Made by a program: the position numbers and the translations under genes | Assembly: GCF_009914755.1 (NCBI RefSeq) | Contig: NC_060933.1 | Strand: one strand, 5' to 3' | DNA length: 64,000 bases | From: the human T2T-CHM13v2.0 reference genome, Homo sapiens | The notes under the pieces: generated by a model | Databases searched by the model: none | Told to the model about the DNA's origin: nothing | The model's input: the letters and a program-made list of their open reading frames with translations, nothing else | Shown: piece after piece, positions 61,635 to 64,000 of the stretch | How the letters are laid out: each line of letters starts with the position of its first letter | Numbering within the stretch: the stretch's first letter is position 1

Positions 61635-62059
61635 ATGCTTTGGAGGAGCTCTCTGAATTGAAGGGAAGTCTAGTAAATTAGTCTTGGAAAAGACAAACCC
61701 TATAAACACACCAAGGGATCTCATTTAGAAAAAATCTTAGGAAACTAGAAGGGTGGATAAGTTTCAATGATTCTCAGTACTTTTTTCTCTATATACAGGA
61801 GTCATATTTCAGAGAAAAAAAAGCATTCAACTGGCCTAGTCAAGACTATTCATATACGTAGTGTATAGGAATTAGGGAAAACAGGATACCTTGACTAACA
61901 CTCCTACAAAACTGCATCAAATAGGGAAAGTAAAATTCCCCTCCAAAAGAAGGTGAAATGGACACAAGGCAGCCAAAAATTAGTAAAGGTCATTGCAGCT
62001 ACTTATTACATTTGTGAATTTAGGTAAACCATTTACCCACTTGGATTTTCTGCTAAAAT

Positions 62060-62172
62060 GTGACATCATAGGTCAGAGATCTTTGTCTCACTTTCTCATT
62101 GATGTATCCCAATTGCCTCAGGTGAAACCTGACACATGGAGGATGCTTCATGAATACTTGTTGAAAGAATGA
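62060..62172 (+). mobile_element. L2 3' end
   Basis: cagagatctttgtc...gatgtatcccaattgcct...cctgacacatggagg...tacttgttgaaagaatga. Confidence 0.8.
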
Positions 62173-62519
62173 CTCTCTCCAAGACTCTTCCCACAGTTAA
62201 AATGGAGATGTCTTGTAGAGTCCACAAAATGTCTAGTACATTGCTATAACATAGTAGCTGCTCAAAAAATTCTGATTATAGTTACTGTTTTTATTAGGAT
62301 AAATAGTACTAGAATAATTTGCTATAAACAACGTAGAAAAATTCCAGTGTTAATATATCCAAGTTACTCTATGGAATCCCAACACAAAACAAAAGTTATT
62401 CATTATGAATTCAATGAAGGCTGTTACCAAATCCTGGGACAAAGTAAATGATTTGACCGATGATGTAGTCATATGAACAGAAATGAAAAAGTGAATTTAA
62501 AAAGACTCGCATTGGTGCC

Positions 62520-62578
62520 ACACTTAGACTACCAGACTCCCTGAAACTGCATGTCCTCAGGGAGTCTGGCAGTCTAAG
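62520..62578 (-). ncRNA. MIR7702: pre-miRNA hairpin, probably hsa-mir-7702 (mature 5p at 62557-62578)
   Basis: Minus strand CUUAGACUGCCAGACUCCCUGA-GGACAUGCAGUU-UCAGGGAGUCUGGUAGUCUAAG-UGU folds into a 22-bp stem (one G.U) with a 12-nt loop. The hairpin is seen directly; the name is from recall of the mature sequence. Confidence 0.8.
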
Positions 62579-63189
62579 AGTGGCACTAAGTGTCATTAGT
62601 GCCAGACCCAAAATATAATAACCTGATTATCTCTGGGCTTTCAATAATGATGTCATTCTTTTCTTTCATTCTTAGTTGATTTAATTTTCCTTACTACATA
62701 GCAGATATTCCAATAATTTTCATAAGTCTCTGCAAGACCCCATTTCCACCTAGACTCCAAATCATATTCCCCCTGCTTTTTCCTGGGCATTATTTCAGCA
62801 ATCATCTCTTCTTTACTGGGTCTTCAATCCCCAACACACCCCCACCGTTTCAAGTTTCCCTTTTCTCAGACTACAAAACAGCTCACTATTCCCTTTCCTA
62901 AAACTACTTTTATGACATTTATTCTCCTTCAATTACTGTATCTTTTCTGCCTTTGCTTTCATTGACAATCTGCTTTGCAAGTTCTCTACACTCAGTCTCC
63001 TCTTCCCACTCACTCTTCAGCTCATTGAAACTGTCTCCTGCCCCCTCCACCCTTTTGAAGCTTTTGAGACAGAAGTAGGCCCTGCTGAGTGCTAGATCCA
63101 GGTCTGCTACTTCCATGGCCCCCACCCCAGTCCCCTCTTCAGTATCTGAGCATTCAATTCTAGTTGTATTTTCTGGCTTGTTCTCTCGG

Positions 63190-63600
63190 CAAATATACAT
63201 TGAGTACCTATTAGTCACCATCCTGGGTACCAGAAATATAAAAGTGAATAAGATCTAAATGCAAAAATGATCTAAACGCAACAGTGATCTAAATGGAATG
63301 TGGTATCCTGGCTTGAATTCTAGAATAGTGAAAGGATATTTGTGGAAAATCTGGCGAAATCTGGATAAAGTCTGTAGTTTAATTAATAGCATTGTACTAA
63401 TGTAACTTCTTAGTTTTAACAAATGTACCCTGGTTATGTAAAATGATAATGTTAGGGGATGCTGGGTGAAGGATATATGAGAATTTTCTATAATATCTTT
63501 GCAACTTTTCCATAAATCTAAAATTATTCCAAATTGTAAAAGTCTTAAAAATTGAGTAAGGTATGTTCCCTGCCATCAGTGAGCTCACAGTGATACACAA
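63190..63600. mobile_element. Antisense L2 3' end split by a sense L1MB/MC 3' UTR (~63286-63550)
   Basis: cattgagtaccta...aaagtgaataaga then gttccctgccatcagtgagctcacagt; TSD-like aaaagtgaataagat / aaaattgagtaaggt. Confidence 0.8.
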
Positions 63601-63966
63601 TCTTGGGATAAATGAGGCAAATTGTGGGAGAAAAACTATGAACTACCGATTCTTCCATCGAAAATGAATGCAATCTGCCTTTTTTCCCCATCATGAGTTG
63701 TACAATTTTGTATGCATCTATGTACCACACTGTAAATATTTCATGAGGACAGGACAGAGGAGTATCTAAAGGTGAATTTTTTCACAGTTCTAAATAATAC
63801 ATTTTGAGGCTTTGGGAGGTCTCAGATTGATCGAAGCCAACCCTAGCTAAATCACTCCACTTTCTAAGACGTTGAATTTAAACATATTACTTACATACTT
63901 TCTTTGTTCTTTTCAAGGCAAATAGTTTAATGTTTGAGGGAGTAGTAGGCCAAATAGAGGTGATTT

Positions 63967-63992
63967 TTGTTGTTGTTGTTGTTGTTGTTGTT
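63967..63992. repeat. (TTG)n microsatellite
   Basis: Seen directly. Confidence 0.95.
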
Positions 63993-64000
63993 TAGCCTTC

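Overview
Human or close-primate genomic DNA, AT-rich and repeat-dominated. I see no protein-coding exon and no CpG island. The longer ORFs in the track are read-throughs of Alu, L1, MaLR/THE1, Tigger or microsatellite sequence, and the remaining short ones match no protein family I recognise. The only gene-like feature is a near-perfect hairpin at 62513-62588. Its minus-strand arm (CUUAGACUGCCAGACUCCCUGA) matches my recollection of hsa-miR-7702, which would place the window in the intergenic region of chr9q31.3 between LPAR1 and OR2K2 (from memory, not verified). The rest is a layered transposon record: a 3.7-kb L1PB, a twin-primed 5'-inverted L1PA3/4 with an intact TSD and a junction-spanning ORF, a full LTR-int-LTR THE1, many solo MaLR LTRs, about 25 Alu/FLAM copies, hAT and Tigger DNA transposons, and two clean three-level nestings. 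Non-TE oddities are a diverged ~180-bp segment apparently copied into a MIR 2 kb from its twin, several short local duplications, a 4x40-bp minisatellite and a perfect DR2 nuclear-receptor element. I find no convincing new multi-gene system. Repeat subfamily names come from remembered consensus sequences, and the boundaries of old elements are approximate.
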